Origin: a virus
Lineage: Duplodnaviria > Caudoviricetes
DNA: 64,000 nucleotides
Virus record (IMG/VR): IMGVR_UViG_3300028048_000068
Span: 1-64,000 of that record
Direction: 5' to 3' (one strand)
This document shows, piece by piece, positions 28,177-39,014 of this stretch. Under the pieces are notes generated by a model. It was given only the letters and a program-made list of their open reading frames with translations, searched no databases and was not told the origin of the DNA. Within the stretch, counting starts at the first letter, position 1. Every line of letters starts with the position of its first letter. Position numbers and translations under genes: made by a program.

Positions 28177-28937
28177 TGAATCGTTATGCAGTCGCTGACC
28201 TTCATGGTCAATTAGACCTACTCAACCAAATAAAGGAATACCTCAATGAAGACGATATACTTTATATACTTGGTGATTCTGGCGACCGTGGTCCACAGCC
28301 GTGGCGGACCCTCAAAGCCAGCTTAGATGACCCACAGTTTATATACCTTATGGGAAACCATGACCTTATGTTAATAGATGCAATAGACCAGTATATAAAA
28401 ATGCCAGAAGAAGAACGAGCATATGGTCTTGGTATGTGTTTTTATCATAATAGTCCTATGTCATTGCTTCAGTACAATGGCGGCATGGATACGTTTCATG
28501 GGTGGAAAAATGAGCCTGACCGTATGAAGTATTATCAAAAGCTGCGTTTCGCACCGCTTGAGATACGCTTGGCCGCACTCGACGGAAAGCACTTCATATA
28601 TCTGACACATGCAGGTTATTCCCCGCACTTATACAATGCAGCTAACCCATCTGATATGGTGTGGGATAGAGAGCATTTCTATGACGATGCGGCACAAGAT
28701 GGGTCGTTGCTCCTCCACGGACATTCACCTGTACAAAAACTAACCAAGTGGTTAGATAAGTATAATCTACCATACGACATATCTAATGGCTATTGTATTT
28801 ATGCAAACGATACTAAAATAGACATAGACATTGGGGCATGTTTTTATAATAAAACGGTTCTATTAAACATAGATACCCTCGAAGCGAAAATATTTACTAC
28901 AAAAGGAGAAGACGTTAATGGCGCGCAAAGTGAATAA
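28176..28937 (+). CDS. metallophosphoesterase, PPP / lambda-phosphatase-like Ser/Thr phosphatase
   Basis: DLHG, GDSGDRG, GNHD, THAG, HGHS, IDIG motifs. Confidence 0.9.
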   Translation: MNRYAVADLHGQLDLLNQIKEYLNEDDILYILGDSGDRGPQPWRTLKASLDDPQFIYLMGNHDLMLIDAIDQYIKMPEEERAYGLGMCFYHNSPMSLLQYNGGMDTFHGWKNEPDRMKYYQKLRFAPLEIRLAALDGKHFIYLTHAGYSPHLYNAANPSDMVWDREHFYDDAAQDGSLLLHGHSPVQKLTKWLDKYNLPYDISNGYCIYANDTKIDIDIGACFYNKTVLLNIDTLEAKIFTTKGEDVNGAQSE

Positions 28938-29238
28938 AGACTATGTAAATCAATATAGTAAAATTATATTTACCCAGCCTCTGGCGCATGGGAAGTATAT
29001 ACAACAGACTTACGATAAAACCGATAAGGGTTGGGTAGTATCTCATTCAACTAATTCCGCCTATCACATCTGTCCGTACGATGGTATTTTTCGGAACTGT
29101 AAGGATTGCGGCGCGCTTGAGGACGACTTCGATGTAAAATTTTGCTTAAAGAAACAGCAAATTGTTAGCTCTGGCGCGCTTGCTAATAGGGCGAATGATT
29201 GTTTGAGTGCGAATTTAGAAGTACAGTTTATTGATTAG
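28918..29238 (+). CDS. hypothetical protein
   Basis: ORF track; AAGGAG RBS. Confidence 0.75.
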   Translation: MARKVNKDYVNQYSKIIFTQPLAHGKYIQQTYDKTDKGWVVSHSTNSAYHICPYDGIFRNCKDCGALEDDFDVKFCLKKQQIVSSGALANRANDCLSANLEVQFID

Positions 29239-29247
29239 GAGAAATAA

Positions 29248-29598
29248 ATGGGTATATATATTAAAGGAGTGTCAATTCCAAAAGACCGAGATATGGAAAT
29301 TATCGTGCATCCAGACGGGGCGGCGCGAGTAGAAGTAAAGGAAGATTATGGACTTCACTTGATTGGAACCGATGCGATTAACATAGAAGAAAACCGAAAA
29401 AATTGGGATTGTTATTGGGCGCATGAAGAGACCGTTTATGTCGATGGAAAAGATTTTCCAAAAATTTATTGTCGGTTTAATGGGTATGATTCTTGTGAAC
29501 CATGTGAAATTTGTAAATATTACGTAAGGCATGATAAGATTGACGATTATATAAAACACTTATTAGAAGAAATTGAATTAATGGAGAAGTTACCGTAG
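29248..29598 (+). CDS. hypothetical protein
   Basis: ORF track; AGGAG RBS. Confidence 0.75.
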   Translation: MGIYIKGVSIPKDRDMEIIVHPDGAARVEVKEDYGLHLIGTDAINIEENRKNWDCYWAHEETVYVDGKDFPKIYCRFNGYDSCEPCEICKYYVRHDKIDDYIKHLLEEIELMEKLP

Positions 29599-29608
29599 GT
29601 GGAAGAGA

Positions 29609-29806
29609 ATGAGAATACGAACCGATTGTTTTTGGTATAGACCTTGGCAAGATATGTCGGCTACAATAGACCAGTGTTATTTTTATTCAGATGGAGAATG
29701 TCCTTGCCATAAAGACTGTGAAAAATTTATTACAAGTAGCCAAACCGATGAGATAATGGTATGGTTTGTAGATGAATGTAGACCTTTTATAGAAGAGACT
29801 CTTTAA
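29609..29806 (+). CDS. hypothetical protein
   Basis: ORF track; followed by terminator AAGAGACTCTT-AAGAGTCTTTTT. Confidence 0.65.
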   Translation: MRIRTDCFWYRPWQDMSATIDQCYFYSDGECPCHKDCEKFITSSQTDEIMVWFVDECRPFIEETL

Positions 29807-29839
29807 GAGTCTTTTTTATTGGGTAAGTTTTCTAAGAAG

Positions 29840-30890
29840 TTGTACGCAGTAGCGCGCGAAGCCGTAAATTTTCGGGAAAGTTCATAGCATTTTTCTATGG
29901 CTCGGCCGCACTCGACGGATAATTTTGTAGAAAATTGGGAAAGTCCGTTCGCTTATTTTTTGGGACGGGCGCAGAGTACGAATAATTTTGCAGAAAAAAA
30001 TTTCAAAAATTTTCTGAAAATCTAAAAAATTCCAAAAAAATTTCCAAAACGAAATTTAAGATTCTGAAAAAATTCCAAAAAAATTTTAGAAATTTTTTCG
30101 AGTCTCAAAAAAGTAGTAGAGATTAAAACTAAAATCTACTTAAAATCAAAATAGAAAAACTTATACATATATGTATACGTATTACGTATACGTATATATA
30201 TACATATACTTATACGTAAATAGAAACCTAAATCCCAAAGGTTGATGTCGAGCGTTTGTTTGTGGCGACCAACGGTCGGACACAAGACAGACGCGAGAGT
30301 GTATACGTTCAACGTATACGTATATAGGGACAATAGGGTGTGCAATAGGTGTAACTGTCAACGTACCTCGATCCATTCTACGTAGGTCATAGACAGTTTG
30401 TATACGTAGTTCGTATAAGTATATATATACGTATATAAGGCTCAATAGGTGCGGAAACGCGTAACTCGGTCTCACCAACGTAGGTCATGTAAGTAGGTCC
30501 AGTGTGGTTAACGTATACGTATATAGGGCAATAGAGCAAGGGGCAATGTGTCACACGAAGTGGGTTAGTGTAAGTAGGTCGTAACTTTGGTCGTATAAGG
30601 GAGGACCAAGTGAGGTTGAGTGCGGAACAACGTATACGTTATACGTATACGAAGGGGTTGGTACCACTATGTGCGCGTGCAAGGGGTCCCTCTCTTGCGC
30701 ATACAGGGTCTGGCAGTAGGTGGTGTGGCTAAGAAAAGTGGCTGCCACAGACACCATCAAAAGTCAAATTTTAATAAAAATAATCCAAATTTAATCCAAA
30801 AACAGCTCTAAAAACGTATAAAAACAGCCAAATTTCACCCAAAATTTGATTTATTTTGTCAAATTTTCCCCTATAAATATTTAAAAGCAA
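29840..30890. repeat. non-coding repeat block at the convergence of transcription: A/T-tract repeats (29990-30150) and TATACGTATA / GTAGGTC / CAATAGGG repeats (30160-30660)
   Basis: directly visible repeats; no credible ORF. Confidence 0.8.
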
Positions 30891-30893
30891 TAA

Positions 30894-30920
30894 AAAACAG
30901 GGGTTTATACCCCTGTTTTC
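30894..30920. terminator. bidirectional intrinsic terminator
   Basis: AAAACAGGGG-tttata-CCCCTGTTTT. Confidence 0.75.
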
Positions 30921-30938
30921 TTATACGTTGAACGTATA

Positions 30939-31292
30939 CTATGCTCTCTTGTAGCCGTTTACCTTGCCCTTTGCGCCCTTAATCTTCTCTGTTACGACTC
31001 TTCCGTCCTCAACAGCTCTCTTAACGAGAACAGTTGCCTTCTGCGGAGTTCCGATTTCCTCGAAGTGGTCGCAGATGTCAGATGCAGTTACGAACTCATC
31101 GCCAAGGAACTCAACGATGGCGTCTACGAGCTTCGACTCCAGCTCCAGCTTCTCTGCTCTCTTCTCGCCAGCCTTTTCCTTGCGCTTTGCGTTGGATGCG
31201 TCGAGACTCTCGATAAGCTCAGCCGCGAGTGTCTGCATTTCCTCTGTGATTGTGCCGTTAACGATTGCTACATACATTTCTCTCTTTGTCAT
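30939..31292 (-). CDS. putative winged-helix DNA-binding protein, paralog A1
   Basis: similar to 35096-35425 and 40717-41064; TASDIC..KATVLVK..wing GKVNGY. Confidence 0.75.
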   Translation of the reverse strand: MTKREMYVAIVNGTITEEMQTLAAELIESLDASNAKRKEKAGEKRAEKLELESKLVDAIVEFLGDEFVTASDICDHFEEIGTPQKATVLVKRAVEDGRVVTEKIKGAKGKVNGYKRA

Positions 31293-31569
31293 TATTGTGC
31301 CTTTCTTCGACTTAAGGCAGTCGACGCCAGTTACATTTACTTTTCAGTGAGAAGTTACTTTTCTCTCTCACTTTCTATATTTATTATAGCAGGATTTTTA
31401 AAACTTTTCAAATTATTTATTTCTGAATCCCGCGGGGAAAGTGAAGGAGTTACATTTTTTTTATCGTTACTCGTTTTTTCAGAGTGTCCATTCTCTCTTC
31501 ACTTTCTATATATATTATAACCGAAATTCGAAGCTTTTTCAAATTTCAATTTGTGGGAACGCACGGGAA

Positions 31570-31990
31570 ATCGAAGTCGCAGCTTGTACAATGCGCGCAG
31601 AAAATTTGACAAAATTTTTCAAATTTCGTGTCGTGTGCAGCTCCCTTAAAATTTGATTTTTAAAGTCAAATTTCCAGGCGGCCCGGTCCGTTGGAAAGTC
31701 GCAGCTCCTTTTCGTGCGCCATCCGCAGCTCCCTGCCGCGGCCCAGCTGCAGCTCCTTCGCAGCTCCCTACGGCCGAAATTTGACAGCGCACGGCCGCAG
31801 TCGACGTACGACCACGACGAACATTTGTTCGGAACGTATGTTCGGAAATACGTATGAGTTAGACACGTTTAATTGTTAATAATTTATTAACAAACTACCC
31901 CACGCTGTGGAAATTTGACTTTGTTAAAAATTTGACAATCGGCCCGGGCAAATCCCGGACCGGCCCGGGCGCGGTTGACGATAACATTAT
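31570..31990. repeat. regulatory repeat block: GCAGCTCC x5, AAATTTGAC/GTCAAATTT repeats, two LexA-type boxes (31818-31844), Rex-type box (31921-31938)
   Basis: directly visible. Confidence 0.75.
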
Positions 31991-32044
31991 TATTGCCACT
32001 TATAATCCAAAAAAAAGTGGGGATATACCCCACTCAACCGATAA

Positions 32045-32398
32045 CTACTTATCGTGGACTTCCGCACGCTTGCGTCTGATTTCCTCATCACGCTTACGCT
32101 TGCGTTCCTTTTCTTCGGCTTTCTCTTTTGCCTTGCGTTCCTTTTCCGCAAGGTTGTGGACGTAGTCCTCTGCGATGGCGTAACCATCGTAAGGCTCAAG
32201 TCCCTTGTTTGCACCCGTAGGCACTTTGAAGTTGATAACGATGAAGTCCTCGTTACCTTCGCAACCAACACAAGGGATTGCGATTTCATTGGACTTTACT
32301 CGTAAAACTTCTTCGCCACTTTCGTAGAGAAACTGCGAAACCTTTTCGAGGAAGTTAGTTCTGATTAACTCACGTTCTACTTTTCTTGATACTGCCAT
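32045..32398 (-). CDS. hypothetical protein, paralog B1 (charged C-terminal coil)
   Basis: near-identical core to 37163-37522 (VLRVKSNEIAIP.VGCEGNEDF..KVPTGANKG). Confidence 0.85.
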   Translation of the reverse strand: MAVSRKVERELIRTNFLEKVSQFLYESGEEVLRVKSNEIAIPCVGCEGNEDFIVINFKVPTGANKGLEPYDGYAIAEDYVHNLAEKERKAKEKAEEKERKRKRDEEIRRKRAEVHDK

Positions 32399-32735
32399 AA
32401 GACACCTACCTTTCTTTTATCTCTTTATCTTACAATAGAATTATATCACTCGTTGATATACTTGTCAAGCGATTTTTTAAAATCTCTGCGAAATTTTTTA
32501 TGCTGTTCTTTTTTATCACTGCGGATAGAGTTAAGGCGTGCGTGCTCACAATAATAGTGGCGTGCAAATTTATCTTCAAAAGTTTCTTTTTTGTATGCGT
32601 TGCGTCTCATTGGCTTACCTCCTTACAATATAATTATACTGATATTTTGAGATAATTCAAGTTCTTTAAAAAGTACAAGATTTAGGAAAGTTTGTCTTGA
32701 CTAACTCGCGCGGCGACCCGGGCCAGAAAAGTTTG

Positions 32736-32818
32736 TTGTTAATTTATTAACAAGCGACCCGGGCACGCACGAACATATGTTCGTATGGACCGGCCGCGAA
32801 TGTGCGAACATATGTTCG
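32736..32818. promoter_or_regulatory. Rex-box / CCCGGG / LexA-box cassette (best example of ~13)
   Basis: TTGTTAATTTATTAACAA (32736-32753); CGAACATATGTTCG at 32770 and 32805. Confidence 0.75.
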
Positions 32819-32841
32819 TTTTCGTGTAAATAAAAAAAGGA

Positions 32842-33030
32842 CTATTCGTCCTCTTCTTCATACCATATCTTTTTTATTGTTAAGTGGTCAAGTAAATCTG
32901 TTGCATCATGTATGATATAGTCTGCTACGCACTCGTTAATCATTTCCATATCATCATTTTCAAAATCTTCCATACTTTCTGCCCAACAAGTTAAATCGAA
33001 ATCAATTGTAAGTTCAATATGTCTAACCAT
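32842..33030 (-). CDS. small highly acidic protein
   Basis: ORF track; own promoter and RBS. Confidence 0.75.
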   Translation of the reverse strand: MVRHIELTIDFDLTCWAESMEDFENDDMEMINECVADYIIHDATDLLDHLTIKKIWYEEEDE

Positions 33031-33160
33031 TTATTTTCTCCTTTCTTTATCTAATATAATTATACTTATTTACTTTTGTTTGTCAATACCTTTTTTAAAA
33101 GTTATTTTTTTCACAAACTTTGGACCGGCCCGCGGTTGACGATAACAAAGACGTGGTAAA

Positions 33161-33802
33161 TTACCACATCTTTGTTTCGAAGTTAAATCCGTCTAACTTT
33201 TCACACTCAAGCAAAATTTTGTATTCAATTTCGCTATCTGAAAGTGCCGTATGTTCTTCGACAAATTCATTGTCAAAGAAATAACGAGCGACTATTTCTG
33301 TGGTATATCTGTTGGCGTTGTTCTGTGTCAGATAACCATTAGACTTGCAAAACTCTCTATATGTTTTATCTTTCTTCAATACGTTGCGAGAGAGTGCGAG
33401 AATATCGTGAAATTCTGTGCCATAAGGGAAGAAATATCTATACTTTGAGGAAGTGATATATCTCTGTGTAGTTGCGAGTGAACAATAATCAAAACGGCAA
33501 TTATACGCATAAACTTTTGTGATGTTGTTTTCTTTCATTATATGGCGAAGTGTCCACATTATGTTTCTGAAAGAAGTTAGAGTTCTCGAACCATTTTTTA
33601 TTTCTTTCCAATATATTGGGATTTTCTCTGCAAAATATGCCGAAGCCATAAGTTCTTTATCGCAGAAAACATCTGCATTTACGAACGAATGTTTGGAATA
33701 GATTGTTCCATTGTAGTCTGCGACTATAAAACCGCAATCATATACAAGTGCGTCATCGAGTGAATTTGTTGTTTCCGTATCTATTATGAGTATCTTTTCC
33801 AT
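33161..33802 (-). CDS. DEDDh 3'-5' exonuclease
   Basis: IIDTETT, YNCRFD, HTALSD. Confidence 0.85.
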   Translation of the reverse strand: MEKILIIDTETTNSLDDALVYDCGFIVADYNGTIYSKHSFVNADVFCDKELMASAYFAEKIPIYWKEIKNGSRTLTSFRNIMWTLRHIMKENNITKVYAYNCRFDYCSLATTQRYITSSKYRYFFPYGTEFHDILALSRNVLKKDKTYREFCKSNGYLTQNNANRYTTEIVARYFFDNEFVEEHTALSDSEIEYKILLECEKLDGFNFETKMW

Positions 33803-33950
33803 TTTGTTTTTTCCTTTCTCTTGATTACAATATGATTATAAAGGATTTGTTTTAGGAAGTCAACCCTTTTTTATGTTTTTATATCGAAACAATTGTGTTA
33901 ATTTTTTAACAAGGCGGCCCGGGCAAAACCGAACGAGTGTTCGGCTTAGT

Positions 33951-34136
33951 TTAATCAAACTCAACATAATTATCTTCGTCTAATTGATATTCTTCAACCC
34001 ATACTTGTGAATTATTATAACCAATACCACCATTGCGATTAATTTCATCTCTTTGAAATTCTGCCATTACTTTTGAACGAGAACCCCCAAGAATAACAAC
34101 GTTATCAAGTACGCCCATAACTATATAAAGTGTCAT
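33951..34136 (-). CDS. hypothetical protein
   Basis: AAGGAG RBS before MTLYIV; own promoter. Confidence 0.7.
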   Translation of the reverse strand: MTLYIVMGVLDNVVILGGSRSKVMAEFQRDEINRNGGIGYNNSQVWVEEYQLDEDNYVEFD

Positions 34137-34272
34137 TTTTATTTTCTCCTTTCCTTTGATATATACATTATAAACTAACATATTTATAAAGTCAAGAACT
34201 TTTTAAAAAGTTAATTTTTTAACAATCGGCGACCCGGGCGAACTTGACGCATAAAATATATGCGTCAATTCG

Positions 34273-34458
34273 TTAGTCGATTTCCTTTATAAATTCGTCT
34301 CTTTCCCATTTGAAAAAACTATTGATTAAAAATCTACAATCACAACAATCACATACTGCAATAGATTTTTTGATTTCTTCTGTTTCGGTATATGCATCTT
34401 CATCAATAATATCCTCGATGGAATAATCTGTACTGTTACATTTAGGACATTTAACCAT
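34273..34458 (-). CDS. Zn-ribbon hypothetical protein
   Basis: CPKC...CDCC; RBS. Confidence 0.7.
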   Translation of the reverse strand: MVKCPKCNSTDYSIEDIIDEDAYTETEEIKKSIAVCDCCDCRFLINSFFKWERDEFIKEID

Positions 34459-34621
34459 TTTTTATTATCTCCTTTCTATAAAATATGTTCATAAGTCATA
34501 TCATATTCATTACTATTTTGGTTGAGTTCTTTTAAAAGTGTTTGGGCGTCATTTTCATTTATAAATATCCAAAATATCCCTGTATCTTCTGTATGGTAAA
34601 CTATATAAACACCATTCATTT

Positions 34622-34762
34622 TTAATTCTCCTTTCTAATATAAACTTTAACAATACGATAATGTTTTGAATTTAAATTACTATATTTCATATAAGTATTA
34701 TAAAAAGAATATGAGCGATATATAATTTTATGAGTGCGTCTATGTTCGATTATAAATTCCAT
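34622..34762 (-). CDS. small basic hypothetical protein
   Basis: AAGGAG RBS before MEFIIEH. Confidence 0.55.
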   Translation of the reverse strand: MEFIIEHRRTHKIIYRSYSFYNTYMKYSNLNSKHYRIVKVYIRKEN

Positions 34763-35095
34763 TGTATTACTCCTTTCCATTACTCCTTTCTTTTGATACC
34801 TAATTATAACAATAATTTTAAATTCTGTCAACACTTTTTTATGTACTAAAATCCGTACAATCGCGCCCGGTCGTGCCCGGGCCCGCGCGAACATACGTTC
34901 GATTTATGAGTACGAAAAAACGGACTTGCGTCCGTTTCTTCTGAAAGGAGGTGAAAACAATGACTCATAAAAGTGGTGGAGTAGACGAAGATTCGAACTT
35001 CGTTCGCTATGCCCTTGGGAGGGATATTCATAGTGGACACCTTGCCCTACCCCATAAGGTTGTGGTTTTAAGGGATAACCACAAACCCTTTTGTA

Positions 35096-35425
35096 TTAAC
35101 CGAGAAAGTAACCTTTCTGCGTTCCTTTTCCCTTAACCTTTACATCGACAACCTTTACATCCTCGACTTTCTTGGCGAGTGCAGAAGCCTTGTTTACGGA
35201 AATTCCGCAGAGTTCCGCAATCTTGCTTGCGAGCATTGGCTCATCTGTAAGCACTCTCGAAATTGCTTCGATTATTGGTGCGTTAGCAATCTGTGTCTTG
35301 CTTGGACGCTCTGCCCTCTTGGCGTTGCGCACGTCGAGTTTCTCGATTGCTTCTGTGGCGAAAGTAACCATATCCTCTGTGATAGTTCCGTTGATAACTG
35401 CGTTGTAGAATTCTCTCTGTGTCAT
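35096..35425 (-). CDS. putative winged-helix DNA-binding protein, paralog A2
   Basis: MTQREFYNAVINGTITE; LASKIAELCGISVNKASALAK HTH. Confidence 0.8.
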   Translation of the reverse strand: MTQREFYNAVINGTITEDMVTFATEAIEKLDVRNAKRAERPSKTQIANAPIIEAISRVLTDEPMLASKIAELCGISVNKASALAKKVEDVKVVDVKVKGKGTQKGYFLG

Positions 35426-35798
35426 AGTACATTTTCCTTTCTTTTTTAACTCTTTAACTTGTGTCTTTATTATAACTGATTTGTTTGGGTTTGTCAAGAC
35501 TTTTTTAGAACTTTTTTAATTTTTTATTCTGTTCTTTTCTATTCCTCTTGACAATTATATTGTAGCACACTTTTTAGTTTGTGTCAATATCTTTTTTATG
35601 TTTTTTTATGTTTTTCTCGCTTATACTCGCGAGGTCAAGGGAAAGGTGTTTCTGTGTCCACGCGTTGTTTCTGTTTCTTCCTTTCCCTCTGACAATTATA
35701 GTATAGCAAAAATTTAATAATCTGTCAACACTTTTTTCATTAGTTATTTTTTTAACAATCGCGCCCGGGCCAACGAGTGCGAACACTCGTTCGCACCC

Positions 35799-36140
35799 TT
35801 ATGCAATTGCATTAGCAACAACCTTGAGAAGTACATTTTTATACCACTCTGCATCGTGTACAATTTTGTATACATTTGCCTTATATGGTATCTGTGCCGT
35901 TACATATTTATTATGATGCCATATTTCTTTTTCAAAAGTTCTGTCAACAGTACCAACAATTTCTGCGATACCTCTGCGCACAAGCATCATCATAAGCTGT
36001 GAATTATGGGAAGCAACATACCATTTTTCGCCAAGTTCAGAAGCCGTAAATTCTTTATCAAGGAAACCATTCTTTTCAATTGCGTTGAGTGCCATTCTAA
36101 CATATCTCATATCATATTTCAGTTCTCTAATTGTTCTCAT
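35799..36140 (-). CDS. hypothetical protein (possible winged helix)
   Basis: GAGG RBS before MRTIREL; FTASELG. Confidence 0.75.
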   Translation of the reverse strand: MRTIRELKYDMRYVRMALNAIEKNGFLDKEFTASELGEKWYVASHNSQLMMMLVRRGIAEIVGTVDRTFEKEIWHHNKYVTAQIPYKANVYKIVHDAEWYKNVLLKVVANAIA

Positions 36141-36296
36141 TGTGTACCTCACTTTCATTTTTTTATTTACTATCTCTTGACAATGTAAGTATAGCAAATA
36201 TATATGTATGTGTCAATACTTTTTTAAAAATAATTTAAAAGTTATTTTTTTAACAATTGACCGGCCGCGCGTATAAATATACAAAAAAGAGATTGT

Positions 36297-36734
36297 TTAT
36301 GCAATCTCTTTCAGTATCTCGATAATGTTATCCACATCGAACGCTGTACCTTTCCATTCTTTTCTGTTTGGTTCTTCATCATCGAAAAGTATGCCGTTTA
36401 TATCGTCAACCATCGTTGATTTTGGTGTTCCGTACTTTCCAATTTTAATTTCATCGAAGTGTACGCTTTTCAGATGATTGTTAAGCCATTCGATTTTAGC
36501 GTTGGTTACTTTTATATCGTAACTTTCGCTTGCGTTCTTTGCTAACCAAGAAACGATACCGATTTTATGTCCGTTTCTCTGTGCCTTGTTAAGAAGTCTT
36601 GCGAGTGTTGCAAGTCTTACAAGTGGTTCTGCGTCTGTGTATGGGCTTGCATCTTCATTTCTGAGTTTTGGGAGCCAATTTTCTACTGCGTAGAGATTAG
36701 CGATTGTTCCGTCCATATCGAAGTAAATTGTCAT
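36297..36734 (-). CDS. HAD-superfamily 5'(3')-deoxyribonucleotidase-like phosphatase
   Basis: FDMDGTIA, IVSW, K, LFDD. Confidence 0.85.
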   Translation of the reverse strand: MTIYFDMDGTIANLYAVENWLPKLRNEDASPYTDAEPLVRLATLARLLNKAQRNGHKIGIVSWLAKNASESYDIKVTNAKIEWLNNHLKSVHFDEIKIGKYGTPKSTMVDDINGILFDDEEPNRKEWKGTAFDVDNIIEILKEIA

Positions 36735-36801
36735 TTTGTTTTTCCTCTCTTTCTTTCTTTGTATCTATATTATAGACTACTTTTGAGAGTTTGTCAATAG
36801 T

Positions 36802-36978
36802 TTATTTTGTTTTTTTATGTTTTTTAGCAATATCTCCAAGCATAAATATTATATCCATTGTTTTGACAATATCATATTTCTTATGTATTTCGCCAAAACA
36901 TTTAGGGCATACAATAAAATCTACATATCCAAAAGACTCATCCCAACTAGTTTCTCTTCTACAAATAGCACACTTCAT
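36802..36978 (-). CDS. Zn-ribbon hypothetical protein
   Basis: CAIC...CPKC. Confidence 0.7.
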   Translation of the reverse strand: MKCAICRRETSWDESFGYVDFIVCPKCFGEIHKKYDIVKTMDIIFMLGDIAKKHKKTK

Positions 36979-37162
36979 TTTGTTTTCTCCTTTCTTATTA
37001 CAATACAATTATAAACTATGAATAATCGGAAGTCAACCCCTTTTTATGTTTTTCTTTGTATTTATGTTGTTAATTTTTTCACAAGTGCGCCCGGGCCATG
37101 TCAAACATATGTTCGTTTTAATTTTGGGAATAAAAAAGACGAACTTTCGTTCGTCTTTTCGT

Positions 37163-37522
37163 CTATTCTCCTTTTTCGGAAATTACTTTCTTTTTTTCTC
37201 TAATCTCTTTGTCTTTTCGGATTTTTTCCGCTTTCTTTTTTTCGGCTTCAATTTTTTTCTGTTCTTTTTCGGCAACTTTCATTTCATAATCTTGTGCCAT
37301 TTCATAACCGTCATATGGTTCTGTGCCTTTGTTTGCACCCGTTGGAACTTTTACGGTTACAACGATGAAATCTTCGTTGCCCTCGCACCCTACAACGGGA
37401 ATTGCAATCTCATTAGATTTTACTCTCAAAACTTCTTCATCTTTTTCCAAGAAATTATCAATAATTTTCTGAAGATAATCGTTTCTTAAAATTTCTCTTT
37501 CTACTTTTCGGGATATTGCCAT
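37163..37522 (-). CDS. hypothetical protein, paralog B2
   Basis: similar to 32045-32398. Confidence 0.85.
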   Translation of the reverse strand: MAISRKVEREILRNDYLQKIIDNFLEKDEEVLRVKSNEIAIPVVGCEGNEDFIVVTVKVPTGANKGTEPYDGYEMAQDYEMKVAEKEQKKIEAEKKKAEKIRKDKEIREKKKVISEKGE

Positions 37523-37598
37523 TGTCAAATTCTCCTTTCTTTTACTTTCTATAATTATTATAGCAAAATTTTAAAAATTTGTCAAATTATTTTTTGTT

Positions 37599-37742
37599 CT
37601 ATTTTAGGAACAAAGGGATATAAAACATAATAGGAATTGAAAGAAGAAGTAAAAATCCAAAAATTCCTCTTTCGGTTTTTTCCTCAAATACTGCACAAGT
37701 AATAGCGAATATGAACCAAAGTATAAGTATAATCCAAAGCAT
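37599..37742 (-). CDS. small membrane protein
   Basis: two transmembrane segments; RBS and promoter. Confidence 0.65.
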   Translation of the reverse strand: MLWIILILWFIFAITCAVFEEKTERGIFGFLLLLSIPIMFYIPLFLK

Positions 37743-38701
37743 TGTTTTTATCTCCTTTCTTTTGATATACACATTATACAATAGATATAGAGGAAAGTCA
37801 ACCACCTAAACGAACATTAAGAACGAACGTATGTTCGTCTTTGCGCGCCCGGGCGACTCGGCGCGAACGTATGTTCGCACCTACATCCATCTATCCATAT
37901 TGCGTTTAGTTACCTTTTCTCTTTTCTTTCTTTTATCTGTATAAACACCTGTTCTAAAAGGTATATCCTGTATTGGCTTAGTCTGCCTTACTATGTCAAT
38001 ACCCTTTATTGTTCCTACTGTTATATTCTTCTTCTTTGACATCTCTATGCCCTCCCAAGATACTCAAGTCTGCGTGGCACTGTGACAATGTACCATCTCA
38101 TCACATCGGATTTACATTTACGCATCCATCTATTGCGGTCGTTCTCCTTAATGATACCGAGAACTATCATTCTGTTTACCATTTCCATCTTTGTCATTTG
38201 TCTTTACCTCTCTTTCTTTATCTGTCTATATTATAGTCGATGCAGAAAACAATTGCAATACCTTTTTATGTTTTTCTTTGTATTTTTATACACTCACGGC
38301 CCGGGCCGACCGAACATATGTTTAATTAGAAAGAATAAAAATGAGGGCTTGCGCCCTCTGCGGTACCTCTACAGCGATGTATGCCCGTTTTGCCTATTCC
38401 AACCGCTACGGGATTTGGTTCACACTTATATACCGCAACGCTGAGACCCTTGCGGTGGTGGGACTTTATCAGCAAGACTTATCCGTTCTGTGTAGAACTC
38501 CCTCTTCGGTTCGGCTTGCTTCCCTCACCTTGTATCTATATTATAGTATGAATTTGATTATTTGTCAACACTTTATTTTGTTTTTCTTTGTATTTATTTC
38601 GTTAATAAATTATTAACGAAGTCGCGCCCGGTCAATTTTAACCCGGACCGGCGCGAACGTACGTTTGATGAAGAAATAAAAAAATAAGCCTTTCGGCTTA
38701 T

Positions 38702-38890
38702 TTACTGAAGTTCAAATTCTTCGATTTCATAAAGAGGAATTCCTTCTTCATCTTCGCAGAACCAAGGATGCTCATATTCCTGATTTTCTGCTATCCACTT
38801 TTCTGCATCTTCTCTTGAGGCATATACTGCCTGTGCTTCTCTGCAACCATATTCATCATCTACCATCATGTTTACTACGTATACCTTCAT
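38702..38890 (-). CDS. small acidic hypothetical protein
   Basis: AAGGAG RBS before MKVYVV. Confidence 0.75.
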   Translation of the reverse strand: MKVYVVNMMVDDEYGCREAQAVYASREDAEKWIAENQEYEHPWFCEDEEGIPLYEIEEFELQ

Positions 38891-39014
38891 TGTTCTATCT
38901 CCTTTCAATCTCTTAGCTTGTCTATATTATACTCTTTATAGCTTGCATTGTCAAGCTCTATCTTGTACTTCGTTTGATATAATCAGTTCGACTCGAAGGT
39001 CGAGGGTCGAGGGT

